Part shown: positions 25,170 through 38,960 of the stretch, in pieces
Layout: each line of letters begins with the position of its first letter
How positions within the stretch are numbered: position 1 is the stretch's first letter
Assembly: GCA_013265495.1 (NCBI GenBank)
Contig: MU058781.1
Coordinates: 5,707,050 to 5,771,049, forward strand
Direction of reading: 5' to 3'
Source: Vicugna vicugna
Taxonomy: Eukaryota
DNA length: 64,000 nt
Notes under the pieces: generated by a model
Told to the model about the DNA's origin: nothing
Database searches by the model: none
What the model saw: the letters and a program-made list of their open reading frames with translations, nothing else
Made by a program: the position numbers and the translations under genes

Positions 25170-25530
25170 CGTTAATTCATTCACCGGACAAATTTGTGTT
25201 TGGTGCTTCGTATCCACCAAGTCCTGTGTTCATAATGGTGATCACAATAGACAAAGGACGATGATGCCTTTAAGGAGCTCGTTGCCTCAAGAGAAACAGA
25301 TATTAAAGAATCAGAGTACACTATTTTTAGCGTATGCATAAAATGTGAAAATTGAATAGGCATCCAGAAGGAAAACTAAATACTGTGATTTGCAATCATA
25401 ATGGGGTACCTCATTTAGAAAGAGGAGCTTTCTTGAAAAAAGTGACACTTAAAAACAGGGAAGTAAAAAGATAAGCAGAAGTTAGCCAGACATTGAGTTT
25501 CCAGGTAGACGAATCAGCCTGTGCATTATG
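25170..25530 (-). mobile_element. L2 LINE 3' region, decayed
   Basis: aattcattcaccggacaaatttgtgtttggtgc...tgcctttaaggagctc...gaagttagccagaca. Confidence 0.5.
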
Positions 25531-27229
25531 TGATCTGACCAGAACTGTACAATTAACTTGTTATTTCATCATTTTTTTCTTTTCTGGACCATTTCAACAG
25601 GGTCTCCTTGAAAAAGAAATGAGTGACAGAACTGTTCTCAGAAACTTGAAGTAAGAAATTATTCTTCTTTCCAAATGCAGGGCCATCAGAGCAACAGACA
25701 CTAGTAGTTTCTGCTAGAGGAATGTCATTCAGTGCATGTTTTACACCTGATCCGACGGCAAAGCAAGACCCTGGCTTCCCAATGCAGCTTATGTCACCCC
25801 ATCGTCACAGTGAAATAAGACGAAGCTCCCTCTTAACACCCACGTGTCACAGCTGGAGTTAAGAAAACCCTCCCTCAAAAGAGCTAAAAATAGATCACGT
25901 TACATGTAAAGTTCCGAAGAAGGAAAAAAAGAACTTAATACCTTGTAGTACGTCTGAAATTTGCTGGCTTCCTTTTGATCATTAGGATGTTTTTATTATT
26001 TCTCTTCTGGACCGAAATGGCATTTTTTTTTTTTTTGCCCACTTTCGAGTGTCCTGGTAGCCTTCTCTTTTGGTTCCTAGTGTGGTACCTATTTATTTTC
26101 TCAGGTAAGCAGCAATGATACAAAGAAATAAAAAGCAATGGAAATGCTGTGTTCATCTGAAGTATTTTCTGGTTCCCTATCATCCCAGAGCTGGTACCAC
26201 TTAACTTTTCCACTAAGAAAAATCAGTAATTTGCTGCTTTCAACCTACAAAATGAAGGCATCCTCAGACAGGCTCATTCACGTTCTCCCATGAATGAAGT
26301 AAGCTTGAGAGTCTGTTTGAAGTGAATAAGCCAAACTTCTCTTTGAGTCTCTTTCCATTTGAGACATAGGATAAACTGTAACCTCTCCTGCATATTTGGT
26401 TTCTCATATAACCCAAAATATTAATAATCCTCCAAGTGCAAAGTCATGAAAAAGAAACCCTCCCTTCAACTTTGTAGTTTTGACAAACTTTAGCAAGCTT
26501 GGGAAGAAGAGAAAGAGCAAGAAGGAAAACTTTTTGAAGCCAAGTTGTCCAAAACCCCGCCATCAGACCTGGGAAATTACACCGGGCTGACCGTCTCATC
26601 CTCTGTCCAGAGATGAAAATGACACAATGCCAATTTCTCCTTCCCTTGACTGCCCACAGCGCTTACAGTCTCTACCACACATTCTGACCCCAGGTCCTTT
26701 TCAATTCAGCACTCTGTTATATTGTCTTTTTATACTCCACTGGATTTAAGTCTTGAAGGCTCAAAAATTTTATAAGCTCCTTGATGAAAGAATCCTGCCA
26801 TGGCCTTCTTTTGCAGCCTCTTAACAGTGTCGAGGAGAAGAGCCTGAATTTAAATGATCCATATCCAAAACCAGTTCTATGACGTAACACTTACTCCTAA
26901 GAAACACTACCCTCCAGCTGTAATTTAAGCCCTTCTCACTCTTCTCTGTCCTCCAGGGGTTTGGAGGTCCTATGTGCCTATTATCCAAATGAGAGCCCTG
27001 CGTGAACTCGAGAACAATTAAGTGAAAACTTAGCCTTCTCTGTTCTGTTCTTCCAATCCATTACATTTTTAGTCACTAATGGCTTTTGAACAGTTGCCAT
27101 GTCCTTTCAAGATTTACAACCCCCTCCCCTGCCACCAGGAGCTTTCATCCTTGATTCTCCCAGCTTTACAAAAGCCACTAGTAAGGAAACCCTGGTGGCA
27201 TGCGGAGGGGAGACACGGATGCTCTGAGG

Positions 27230-27405
27230 CACTGGCTCTCAAACTGGAACTGCCATCAGAAACACCTGGGGGTCTTGTGAAACCACACTGCTGAGCCCCA
27301 CCCCCAGAATTTCTGATCCAGTGGGTGTGGGGTGGGGCCAGAGAACTCACATTTCTATCAAGTCCCCAGGTGATGCTCAAAGGGACCAGATTCTGAGAAC
27401 CACTG
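27230..27405. mobile_element. hAT-Charlie MITE (MER5A-like)
   Basis: Terminal inverted repeats cactggctctcaaact...ttctgagaaccactg. Internal catcagaaacacctgggggtcttgtgaaa and catttctatcaagtccccaggtgatgct. Confidence 0.85.
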
Positions 27406-27559
27406 TTCTGTCAATTACACAGCCAGACAGAGGCTAAGGGTCTTTTGAGTATATTTAACTACTGTAAGATGCATTGGCATGAATGATACCTGTTCATTCC
27501 AAAGAAGTGACAAATGACCAAACAACCCAAAAAAGCCCGCACCACTTTATAATCTGGGA

Positions 27560-27990
27560 AAACTTTTTGTGACTCTTTGTCTCCTACTGGCACCAGGTCC
27601 TGTTGGGGTCATCTCTGCCTTCTGTCCCTCCTTCAATCTCTGTCCCACCCTCACCAAAAACAACTTCTCAGCCTACAAACATACTCAGTCATTACTACCC
27701 CTGAAAGACCTTCCTTGGACCCAGATACATTTCCAAATGGCTGTCACCTCTCTCCTGTTCACCATAAAACATGTTAAAAAAGAAAAAAAAGTACTATACA
27801 TTCAGCGCCAGGATTTCATCGGGTACATCTTAAACCCTTAGAGTTTGATTTCAACACTTTCTTTTTAACTGAACTTCCTTCTCATTCAAAGCTCAGGAAT
27901 GGCTTCCTGTCTTCTAAACGCAGTGGCCCTTTCCTAACTGACTCTCTTAGAATATTTGATAAAGTAGTCCCTTCAATTTTTTCTTTTCTT
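27560..27990 (+). mobile_element. L2 LINE internal fragment
   Basis: Pyrimidine-rich L2-like sequence, e.g. gctcaggaatggcttcctgtcttctaaacgcagtggccc...atttgataaagtagtccctt. Confidence 0.4.
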
Positions 27991-28417
27991 TAGTGGACCA
28001 GCATTTTTGCCTGAACAGCATCTTTTTTGGAACAATTTCTCCCCCATTTTCCTCGTTATTTGGTCTGAGCTGAATTTGTGCCTTGGGTCCAAAGGTGGGC
28101 ATATGATCTCGGCCCAGAGAATCAGAATACATACCCCTCTCACCACAACGACTGCCGTAGGGACAGGCATGTAACCGAAGCCACGCCAATCAAATCTCTC
28201 AGACTGGCTGGGACTAAGGAAAGCGGTGTCCTCTCCATGGAGGCATGGTCTACTAAGAACTACTTCTACCACCTTGTGAGGAAAGCCCACGTAAGAATGA
28301 TGCTTGACAGCAGGGAACAAGGCTGAACGACAGGACGTCTTTGTCCTGACGACTGTGAGGTCCCTTGGACCCAGCCATGCCAAAAGTTAGATTCGCCCCT
28401 GAATTTTTTAGCTATGT

Positions 28418-29007
28418 TGTATCAGACAAAATTCTAAAGTGGTCTCCAAATTGCCCCGTCCCCTAGTGCACACACACCCTAGGTATTGCATTCAAACACC
28501 ACCTGGTGCTGCTGCTGGGTAGGGATGCTGCAGATAAAATTAAGGCCCTAAATGAATTGATCTTAAAATGGAACACTTATCCTTTGGTGGGGCTGACCTA
28601 ATTAGGTGAGTCCTTCAAAGGGACAGGCTTTTCCAGGAATGAGATTCAAAACATGAAGGAACATATTCGGGTGGGGGGTGGAGTTCCACGTGCCGAGGAA
28701 GTGGAGATGGACACCAGAGGCTGAGAGCGGAGCCCGTCCCATAATCAGCAGCAACAGAACAAGGGCCTCAGTCCTACAACCACAAGAACACAAAGTCTAC
28801 CAATAACCACATGAGCTTGAAAAAGGACTGCAAACTGCAGATGAGAACGCAGTCCAGCTAACACCTTGATTTCAGCCTTAGGAAACCCTGAGTGGAGAAT
28901 CCAGCTAAGCTGAGGCTAGACTTCTGGGCTGCAGAAACGGTGAGATAACATGATTTAAGCCAGCAGGGTTATGATGATCTGCTCAACAGCAACAGAAAAT
29001 GAACACG
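28418..29007 (+). mobile_element. MaLR solo LTR (MLT1D/E-like), nested
   Basis: Starts tgtatcagacaaaattctaaagtgg. Contains gcagataaaattaagg, gacctaattaggtgagtccttc, cctcagtcctacaaccacaagaac and acaccttgatttcagcctt. Ends cagcaacagaaaatgaacac. Possible 5-bp TSD tatgt/catgt. Confidence 0.8.
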
Positions 29008-29031
29008 CATGTGATACAAATGTTCCCCCCC

Positions 29032-29118
29032 NNNNNNNNNNNNNNNNNNNNNNNNNNNNNNNNNNNNNNNNNNNNNNNNNNNNNNNNNNNNNNNNNNNNN
29101 NNNNNNNNNNNNNNNNNN
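29032..29118. other. Assembly gap (87 N)
   Basis: Run of N next to a C homopolymer. Confidence 0.99.
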
Positions 29119-29199
29119 TTCCCCTCCGTTTTTTTTTTTTTGCTTAAAACACTTCAACTTTTGTCTCTTGCAACCACAATCTCCTAGTAGTCTTGATTC

Positions 29200-30200
29200 C
29201 TGAGACAGGGCTCTGCAGGTGTTCCTTACATCACTCTGCTGCTCCTCTTTCTTGGCTTTTATGTCTTCCTGTTGTTTCTTCTAACCCTAGGACATGTACT
29301 CCCCAAGGTTACATGCTCAATTCTGTTTCCATAATAATTTCCTTGAATTCTATATGGTTCTTACATCTGTATCCTGGGCCCTGGCATCTCCCCCAACAAG
29401 CTGCTGGATATATGCGATACAAATAAATTATGTCTACTTCCATTTCCCCCACCAAACCAGTCCTCCTCTTTTATTTCTGACTCATGTTAATAGCACCATG
29501 ATCCTCTCCTCTTTCTCCCTCAGTCCATCACTTGTCACGTCCTGTTCGGTGCGCGCTCTATCCCCACGCTGCTACACCAGTTCCAACTCTGTTCCTCCCA
29601 CTGCAGACTGCTAACTGGTCCTCTTGCCCTCAGCACTCTCCCTGAAACCACGTGAGCCATCCCTGCTGGCTCCTAGACTAGATTGTACAATTTCTCCAGG
29701 CCACACCCTCGTGGGTTCCTGCAGCTTGTAAAATCTTCTAAAATCTGATGCTTCGGACCCTCACAACTTGTCCCCAACGAGCTTTACCAACTTCATTTCC
29801 CACTTCTCCCCTTCTGTATGTTGTACCAGCCAAACCGAGCTTCTCTCTTCATCTGAGAGCTCCCATTTCTACTCTACGTGCTAAAAGTCAAGCCAACCAC
29901 ACCAAGCCCTGCTCAAATCCTACTTTTTCCATCACTCTTTCATTATAATAACCTACACCACAACTTTCTCAATCAAAAGGACTTTTGCTTTTCTTTTCTT
30001 TTTGATGTGAACTCCTGTGGTTTTTATTCCTTTCCCTTAGGGTACTAATCCTTTTATTCCTTATCCTAAACCAGGCACCCTTTCCCCAGACAGAGTGCAG
30101 TAAACTCTGTGAACGCAGGGTAGGCATCCGTCTGCTTCTTGTTGAGCCTCATTGTGCTTTCGCTGATAGTAACCCTTTGATAAACACGTGCTGATTCACT
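29200..30200 (+). mobile_element. L2 LINE 3' half, decayed
   Basis: Long pyrimidine-rich L2-like tract (tccccaaggttacatgctc, ctaactggtcctcttgccc, aagccctgctcaaatcctac) ending in an L2-like tail. Confidence 0.6.
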
Positions 30201-32705
30201 GAGACTGTGGGATTTTCCCTTCACTCTGACTTGTCCTCAAATCTCTTACTCCGTGGTTCTCAAAACAGGAGGGTTCCCTTTCTGGTGACTTGGGGAAAAA
30301 TCATTACATGAGCCAATACGGGAACTGCTCAGTCAGTTGACACCAGGACCTGGAAGAGCCTCTTTTTCCAACTCAGGACTAAAGCTGCCTCTTCCTATTT
30401 TCTTTCTGAGGGAGAGAGAGGAGCGATCAGGGCTGGGGGTGAGCTCAGCCCAGGGGATCTGGAGCCTCCGTCTCCACCCGGCAGAGCTCCCCTTCCCCGG
30501 GAGCGGTGGTGGCGGCGGCAGCGCACAAGGTCCCTGGGAGTCTGGGTGTCCAGTCAGATTTCAAGAAGAGCTGGAGGGACCTGGCCAGCGGAATGAAGCC
30601 CAAACCCAAGGTATTCTGAAGATGATGGATTCGATCATCCTCTCATCCCATCCCCTCTTCTCTTCCATCAACCATCTGATGATCTCTGTGACTTACTCCT
30701 TGTAAAATCGTTTTTCCAAAATGGCAGTTCTTGGCCGTCTAGCATGTACTCGGGCCATTTTCTACCAATATTAACTGGTCTGTGCTTAGGTAATTAAAAA
30801 CTAAAATTAGTGTCTGCCTAAAGAACGCATAACCAGAGAGAGAAGTATGCTGGAAAAAATCCTACTCTCAAACTTTAAAACAATTATAATTCATGTTGCT
30901 CCATGCCTCTGCTTCCTGTGGATGAACACAGCTTATGACATAAAAGTAAGGCTTAATCCACACACGTACAGACCTGCAGGTGTCTGTGTGCTGGCTGTAC
31001 CTCCTTACTAGTATAAAGCGAAGTTTGCTAAGAAATCTAACGATGCACCCCAAGAAAAGTATGTCTGCATATCAAGAAAAAAAAAACCAAAAACTACAAG
31101 AAACACCCCATCTGCATGGAGTAGCCACAGAACGACGTCTCCAGGAAATTGTGATTTTTAAAGACCAAGATGGCATGTGGTTCTTATCGACAATTTCTCC
31201 CGGCCTCATGTGTTTAATACTCAGCTTCCAAATGGGGTTGCGGAAGCCCAAGAGAAGGCACCGTGGCCCAGGAGACAGAACACTCAGGGTGCAGAAGTGT
31301 GGAGACCCATCCCCTGGGTTCCAAGGCCCTTTCGGGCTGCCAGGAGCCACCACAACCTTCTCCCCAGAGGAGAGCTGTGGTCACGCTCGCTGGAGAAGGT
31401 CACTGACCAGTCTGCAGACGTGCCTGGTGAAAACGGGGGGCGGGGGCAGAGGCTGTGCTCTGTGCCTCGATCATTTACGAAGTGTTTATAAATCCTGAGC
31501 TGCTATGGTGCATGGCAGGACTCCCCTGACTTACGTTTCCCCTCCTTTCTATAACAGAGTTAGCAAAACTCCTAGGATTACATACGCCCCTCTCACTCTC
31601 TTTTTGCCGGAATATTAGGAGTTACAGGATAGTATTCTCAAGTATTTCATTTGGCCTGACTTCACAAAGTACCAAATGGTGAGTCAAAGTAAAATGACAA
31701 GTCAGAATTCACATACACCCCGCCCCCCCCAGCCCCAGCCACATCCTCCTGGACAGATACAATTACCAGAATTCACCAAAGGTATTAAAAGCAGAACTTT
31801 GGAACCATCCTATCAAAACCACAACTTCCTTTCCATTTATTACTACATAAAAGCACAGCTACACCCGGGACCTCCAACCATGCTGTAAAGTTACATTATC
31901 GTTAGCGTGATTAAAGGCTACTCGGTGGTTTTTGAAGAACAGAATTATGTCCCAAAATTCAGAATCAGCAACCATTGTAACTACCCAACTTTGTATATTT
32001 GGACCAACAGGATTTCCATAATTATATTAAATCAGCCTCATCTGTCTTTTCTTTTTTTGCCTGTTTTGTTAAATTAAAAGGCACAAAAATATAACCACTC
32101 TATATTTTAACCTTTTTTTCTTTTTTACACCATTCCAGGTAGCTGCCTCCTTGTTGAAATATCACAACTTTCTGATGCAATCAGAGCAAAAGTATTACAA
32201 GACAAAGGCACTATTGAAAACTTCTCGTCTTTGGAAGGAGGCTTAAGAACACTATCCTAGCTTAAAACTGAGATTTCAATGGTCTCAGCTGTGAACACCA
32301 AGTAATAGAAATGCCACTTGGCATTAAGTCTAGGGATTACCTGTTGAAACACCAAAGGCAGGGAGACTTTGATGTGGGTTACGTGGTGCCGGGAAAGTAC
32401 CAAGAAATACAACTCTTTTCTATGAAGGTGGAGTGGAAGAGCTGATACCGGGTTCGAAGCAAAGATCCGTTGTGTGGAGGGTGGGAGGAGACGGGATCGG
32501 GGAGGGAGGCTGGGAGCAGGCACAAGCACATGCCTGCTCGAGCCAGATACAAGTAATGCGGTACCTCGTATTCCACTTGCCACAGCATTTTAAGCTCAAA
32601 TTAAAGGTCTTATCAACTACTACTTTCGGAGCAAAGGACCCCAGCAAGCTACAGAGCCAGTTGGCCTTCAGAGTCCTGAAACTCAAAGCATGGATGATGG
32701 GGCAT

Positions 32706-32860
32706 GGGGTGGGGGTACAGGTCACTGATAGAGCACGTGCTTAGCAGGCATGAGGTCCTGGGTTCAATTCCCAGTACCCCCACTGAAATAAACAGTAAGT
32801 AAACCTAATTACCTCTCCCACCAAAAAAATAAAAATAAATTTTAAAAACTACAAAAAAAT
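32706..32860 (+). mobile_element. Camelid tRNA-derived SINE (Vic-1-like), second copy
   Basis: gggggtacaggtcactgatagagcacgtgcttagcaggcatgaggtcctgggttcaattcccagtaccccc...aaacctaattacctc plus an A-rich tail. Same family as 17356-17486. Confidence 0.85.
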
Positions 32861-34706
32861 ACTTGATGATCATGTTTCATTAAAAATTGCAAGGAATTTC
32901 CTCCCATACAGAGCATCTTAAAAGTTTCCTCCATCGCTTTAGAATTAGCACCATGTCTCTCCCACCCCTCTGGAGCACACATCCCAGGGAGGTACCCCCA
33001 TCCCTATCAGAATAAAGAACAGGCTTTGTCCCTGCACCTTCGTCTTCCAGGATTAGGGGCCGATATTAACATTGTGGCTCGGGATTCTCAAACTCAGAAC
33101 TCCTCACATATCAAAAGAAGAGAAAAAACCTCTCGCTCCTTAATTGTTTTGTCGAATAAGCTCTCTAAAGTTCATTTTTGTTACCTTTTTCAGGCAAAAT
33201 AAGAGACCTCTTACAAAAATTCTATTGCTAAAACAATGGAATTCTCCTGGGAATGACTTCGTTATGGAAATGAAGTGACAGCTTCTTTTATCTAGCCAGG
33301 CAGAAAGTCTGCATTTATAAAAGGCATTCAGAGCACTCAAGTGCTGTGTGTGGGAGGACAGAAAATGCTATTTTTAATTCAGATTGCAGCATTCCTCCCA
33401 TACAGGTCTTTCAGTATAATCATAATCATAATAACACTGATCTAAAAAGAAAAAAAAAAAGATTCCCATTTCTGCTGACCCCAGCAGAAAAAGAGGGAGG
33501 GAAAAAAAGAAAGAAATTAGGAGAATGATGAACACAGCTTCCTTCCACTTTAGGACCACTCTGTAGGCTCAGAGATCAATCTGGCTATCAGAGTGGACAA
33601 TTATCCAGAATTAAAAGGACTTAAGGTCTGCGAGTAACAGCATTACACCTCCTCACCCAACTTTACATTTTTGTACGGATGACTCGCTGTGCTGAGTTTG
33701 CAGGAATCACCTGGGCCCAGCAGGAAGGGCGGTGAGGGTTCTCCCATCTGTCCCCAAGAGCTCACATTCCATGGTGATGCCACAATAGATGAGTCCAACT
33801 GCCACACTGAAACCCAATTTCGAATTTTACAGAAGGCCTCCTGGATAAATCAAGAGGCACCTGAACTTGGAAAGCAGCTCTTTTGCCCATTTCTGTCCCC
33901 ATCTAACCTTAAAAGAACCTAATTATAGGAATGAGATCACTAAGCAATTAAAATTAACTCCTGACTTATGCTCTCCTGAATGCACACCATGTCTTGCCTA
34001 ACCTGTTGATTCGTTACATAGATAAAAAAGAATGAAGAATTATGTAGTTAAAGAATGATCAGCTTTCTACCCCCAACAGCCCTTTAGCAATCCTGCAGGC
34101 AGATCATACTGGCAGGGAAACATCTGAAGAGAGTCAGCCAGCCTGCATGCATGCAGTGGAGAAGGATGCCGAACCCCACCTCTTGCCTCGACGATTCACC
34201 GAGATTCTTCCCATTTTTTCTCTTTAAAAACTGTTACAGAGGCTGAGCAGAATCGCCAGAGCTGGTCTCTGGACATGGGTCCAACTTCTCCCCAGATAGC
34301 TGGCTTTTTTGATTGAGGCATCTTTCCTTTCTACTGACACTTGCCTCTTAAATGATTGTCTTTTTAGTGGTGAGCAGGTGAACCTGAATTCAGTAACAAG
34401 TGCTGTGTGGGCAGATGCAGAACTTTCCGGGTCAGGTGTGGAATCTGCAGGTGGATGTGTCCCATGGCTGCCATGTTTGTACTGGCTCAGTTGAGGACTG
34501 GAGCCTGAGTGATGAGTGAAGTGCTGGTGAGAAAGTGAGACCAGAGCAGACGACTCTTTGCAGAAGTTGACATTGGAGGAAAAAAGGTATAGGAAAAGAG
34601 TGGAAATTACAAAGGATAACTGATGGAACAAGACCCTTTAGTAATGGCTAAGTGATTGGTTTAAGACCCAAAGTGCAGGATTATAGAACAGATGGGGTCA
34701 CATGCT

Positions 34707-35975
34707 ATTTTTCAATTGAGGTAAAATTCACATTACATAAAAATTTGCCATTTTAATCATCTTTAAACACATTCAGTGGTTTCTTAAATCACATTCATGA
34801 TGTTGTGCAACCATCGTGATGATCTAATTCCAGAAGATTTTTCACGTTTTCCCAAAGAAACGCCATACCCATTAAACAGTCTCTCCCCGTTCCCTCCTCC
34901 TCTCAGCCCCTGACAACCACTCATCTGCTTTCTGTCTCTCTGGACTGACCTATTCTGGATGATGCATATAAATGGAATCATACAACATGTGGCCTTTTGT
35001 GTCTGGCTTCTCTCACTTAGCATGATGTTTCCAGAGTTCATCCATGTTGGATCAGTACTTCATTCCTCTTTTTGGCTGAATATTGGCTCCAGTGCATGCA
35101 TATACCATGTTCTGTTTATTCATTCATCAATTGACAAATACTCCAGTTGTATCCACTTTTTGGGCATTATGAAAAATGCTGCTATAAACATTCTTGTGTA
35201 TGTTTTTGTTTCAATGCCTGCTTTCAGTTCTCCTGGATATATACCTAGGAGTGGAACTGCTGGGTCATATGGTAACTCCATGTTTAACAGTTTTGAAGAA
35301 CTGTCAAGCTGTTTTCCACAGTGGCTACATCGTTTGAAAGCAATGTGTGAGGGTTCTGACTTCTCCAAAGCCTTGCCAACAGTTGTTATTTTCCTAGTTT
35401 TTTTAATTATGGTCGTCCTAATGGACACGAAGTGGTATCTCATCGTGGTTTTGATTTGCATTTCCCTAACCACTGAAGATGTTGAGTATCTTTTCAATAT
35501 GCTTACTAACCATTTAAATCTCGTCTTTGGAAAAATGTCTTCAAGTCCTTTGTCCATTTAAAAACTGAGTTGTCTTTTGGTTGTGCAGTTCTAAGAGTTC
35601 CTTACATATTCCAGAAACTAGATGCTTATCAGATACATGATTTGCAAATATTTTCTCCCATTCCATGAATTGTCTTTTCACCTTCTGGACAGTGTCCTTT
35701 GATTCACAAGAGTTTTTGATTTTGATGGAGTCCAATTGATGTATTTTTTCTTTTGTTGTTTGTGCTTTTAATGTCATATCTAAGAATCCATTGCCAAAAC
35801 CACAGTCACAAAAGTCTAATCCTATGTTTTCTTCTAAGAGTTTTAGTTTAGCCCTTCCACTAAGGTTGCTGATCCATTTTAATTTTTTTGTATAAGGCAT
35901 GAGGGGTCCAACCTCATTCTTCTGCATGTGTCCAATGCGTCTTTTCCAGCTCTTCCAGCACCATTTGTTGAAGAG
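34707..35975 (-). mobile_element. L1 LINE 3' fragment (L1MB-like) with degenerate ORF2 C-terminus
   Basis: ORFs 35541-35927 (...EWEKIFANHVSDKHLVS...) and 35120-35557 (...REMQIKTTMRYHF...ELPYDPAVPLLGIYP...MFIAAFFI) are frameshifted L1 ORF2 C-terminus. The 3'UTR ends at ttttcaattgaggtaaaattcaca. Confidence 0.92.
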
Positions 35976-36537
35976 AGGTCAGAGAGATTTTGAATATGGA
36001 GTGATTCTAGTTCATTTTTTGAAGTTTTTAAAAAAATACATCATTTTGCAAATTAACTGACTTTTGGTTACAGTGAATACCACTGAATAAGCTTTTTCCC
36101 CTCATCCCACATTTTGAAGACATAGCAAGTTTTCAAGCATCTTCACCCACCGGGGCCATTCTCCTGAGCTTTCGGGGAAGTCAACCAGCTCTTGGGTGAT
36201 GCTTTTGCAAGGACTAATTTCCAAAAGCAACAAGCAGCTTGAAATTGCTGGGTTTTCCTGTGTTTTCATTCCATTTGTTTCCATGTTTCTTCCGCTCTAG
36301 TCCTCAGCTTTCTAGAGACCTCTGGTCTGTTCCCACTCCAAGACCCATCTATTAATATTGGCTCTTTGCAAAGAACTTAATAACCTAATTCATACTAAGT
36401 CAGACATAATATACTTTTAGCAAGATGCTTAAGTCCTTGTTTTATTTAAGCAAAATGAATAAAGTACAGGCTGCAGAATTCCAGGTATCACCCTTCCAGC
36501 CCCTGGAAGAACTGGAGACTTTCAAATCCCCCTAAAG

Positions 36538-36690
36538 CATCATTTCTCAAACTTGGCTGTGCTGTGATCACCTGGAGAGCTTTAAAAATACTGCTGCCTG
36601 GGATCCACCTACAGAGATCCTCCCTTAATTGGTCTGGGGTGCAGCCCAGGCAACGGGATTCTAATGTGCAGGCAAGTGGGGAGCCAGCTC
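36538..36690. mobile_element. hAT-Charlie MITE (MER5B-like)
   Basis: tttctcaaacttggctgtgctgtgatcacctggagagctttaaaaatactgctgcctggg...gattctaatgtgcagg. Confidence 0.7.
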
Positions 36691-36849
36691 CCTACAGTCA
36701 GGCATCAGAGTTTGCTACTAACTCCTCCGGGGCTCAAAGCCAGCTCTTCCTGCCACCACCCACCCCTGGCAGGCAGTTAGGGATGTACATTCATCCATTT
36801 TTTTTTTAAGTTTTATAATTTCAGATTAAAACTAACAAAATCTGAGTTC

Positions 36850-37020
36850 TCTATATTAGTTCTCCTTTCATCTTCCCCAAAAGCCTGGGAAGGGAGGTTT
36901 ATTATTTCCAATGAGCACTGTGGACTCAAACTCAGAGACAAAGAAACAGCTCCAGATCAGAAAATCTGGAAAGTGGCAGAGAAGAGATTTCAATGCAATG
37001 TGTTCCCACCCCAAAGTCTG
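36850..37020 (-). mobile_element. MIR SINE, decayed
   Basis: ggaggtttattatttcca...aaactcagagacaaagaaac...aagtggcagagaagagatttcaa. Confidence 0.5.
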
Positions 37021-37223
37021 TATCACTTATACCATCTCCCTCAGTAATTTTAAAAGAGCCAGAAGTTATGAATATGGTCATGTAATCTGGTACCCGGGCC
37101 CACAGGGGAAACAACTTTCCACCTTTCATCCAGCACCCTGCCTGGGGAATATAACACTCCCCGAAAAGAATGGCGGGCACTACCCTGGTTATTTACTGTT
37201 CTTTCTCTCTATTGTCTGTCCTG

Positions 37224-37233
37224 NNNNNNNNNN
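37224..37233. other. Assembly gap (10 N)
   Basis: Run of N. Confidence 0.99.
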
Positions 37234-38960
37234 TGTCTGAGCGTGTGCCCACAGAAGGGAAGTGAGCCTCCAGGGTCTATCTGAATTCAGGAAGGTGTGA
37301 CATGACTCCAAAAATGTAGCTGGTTAAGGGTTTTCAGAGATGGGGGAACAGGCATTCTTTCCAGTATGTGGTGAGACTAGCAACAGGCCACAGAACACCC
37401 TTATTGCAGTACAAAAGTAATAGACACCGAGGACACTTAACACTTATTCACCTGTGATTTTAATCTGATGCCTAAATATGATTACAAAGACCCACCAGCT
37501 GAAAACAGCAAGACTCAAGGATACCAGGCAAAACCTCCAATACTTAAATAGCCAGACTCTTGCAGTAGAGTCTTGAATCACCTTGCCTGCCGAAGTTACG
37601 GGGCACATTAACAAGCCTTTCCACAAGAGCAGAAGAGTAGAAATGAGTGAGAATTGGTAAAACAGGTTGGTTATGGAGGAAGAAGCTGGGAAGTGAGTGT
37701 CAAGTTATTTTTAATTCTTCCTTCCAATTCGTACACTCAAACGTGTGGGTGTAGGCATGCATGTGTACATGTGCACACACACCAGCCTTGAAGGAAGAAT
37801 ACATTTCAGTCCTGTCATTTCTCACGGGCTTAATTTACTTATCCTTTCAACTAGGGGCAGTGGGCTGTGATGCTGTTTTTCTGTATCTGTGTGTTACCAC
37901 ATAAGGAAACTGGAGAATTTCTATACAATAGATTCGGGAGCTGGAAAGGAATAAGAATTTGCTGGAGGTTTTCTTAGGCCCGTGTCAGAAGCTGGTTAGA
38001 TGAGAAAAGTTTTCACATGTGGGAGTCGTTCCTGCCTGTCTCTTAATTGTAGTGAACCTGTCAACTTTCTTTCCATCGTACCCAGACTTTACTCTTCAAA
38101 ATCATTCTCGGTGTGCTCTGAATTGCTGTACTTTTAAGCTAACTACTTCTCAAAGTGCTGTTTAAAAACTGACATCTTCAACCACGTTCTGGGCTTAGAA
38201 TGTATCTAACTTTGCAAAGTCTCATTGGCTCTTATGAGAATGCTACTTAAAAAAAAAAAAAAGATACACTTGACAGCCAATCTCTCGAAAATGATCTGTG
38301 CAGAAATTGTGTTCAAATTACTTTATATCAAGAGATTTAAGAGAAAATGTGGTTTTCTTTGTAATAGGCTAAAAATAATGATATCCTTTATCTTCAACTG
38401 AACATGTACGTATGTTGTATAAGCTGTTGTGTTTAAACAAATTGAAAAACAGTAGGATTCTGGCTAAAGTCCATGAAGAAACAAAACTTGCTCAGAATAT
38501 CATTTTAAGCATTAAAAAAGTACCATTAACTACTATTTTCCACAAAGTTCAGTCTTATATACAGAATCAGAGCTGTCAACCAGGTCCAAGGCATCACATT
38601 ATAAAAGCTAGTATCTCAACAGACAGGAAACTCAGAAAAAAAACATGATCACAGTACAATTTTACGTAAGGAAAAAGAGAATAAGGGGAAAAGTAGTTCA
38701 TATTTCTACAAATTCCTTTTGAGTTACTGGGAAGTGTGTTATTTAAATTCACCCCTACAGCAACAGTACACAGTCATGTCCCTTAAATAATTCCCACTGA
38801 ACGTTCTATTGGATGTTCACCATGTGCCAAGTGCTGTGAGGTGAGGTCCAGAAATGGATAAAACACGCTCATATCTTTGAATGCTGTATACTGATTTTTA
38901 AAACACAAAACTAACTGTCACCAACTCTAATGATTTTTAGTGATTCCTCATCACCAACAA

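Larger units (their letters stand above)
28050..29190 (+). mobile_element. Old MaLR LTR (MLT1J/K-like) split by a younger MLT1 LTR and an assembly gap
   Basis: ggcatgtaaccgaagccacgccaatca...cccttggacccagccatgcc...gaattttttagctatg before 28418. Tail tttgcttaaaacacttcaacttttgtctcttgcaaccacaa after the gap. Confidence 0.6.

Noticed and set aside
34224..34631. 135-aa His/Ser-rich minus-strand ORF as a possible exon
   Set aside because: Only a weak acceptor, no consensus donor, and the peptide is not recognised.
34959..35561. 200-aa hydrophobic plus-strand ORF
   Set aside because: It is the antisense reading of the L1 ORF2/3'UTR remnant, a common false membrane-protein call.
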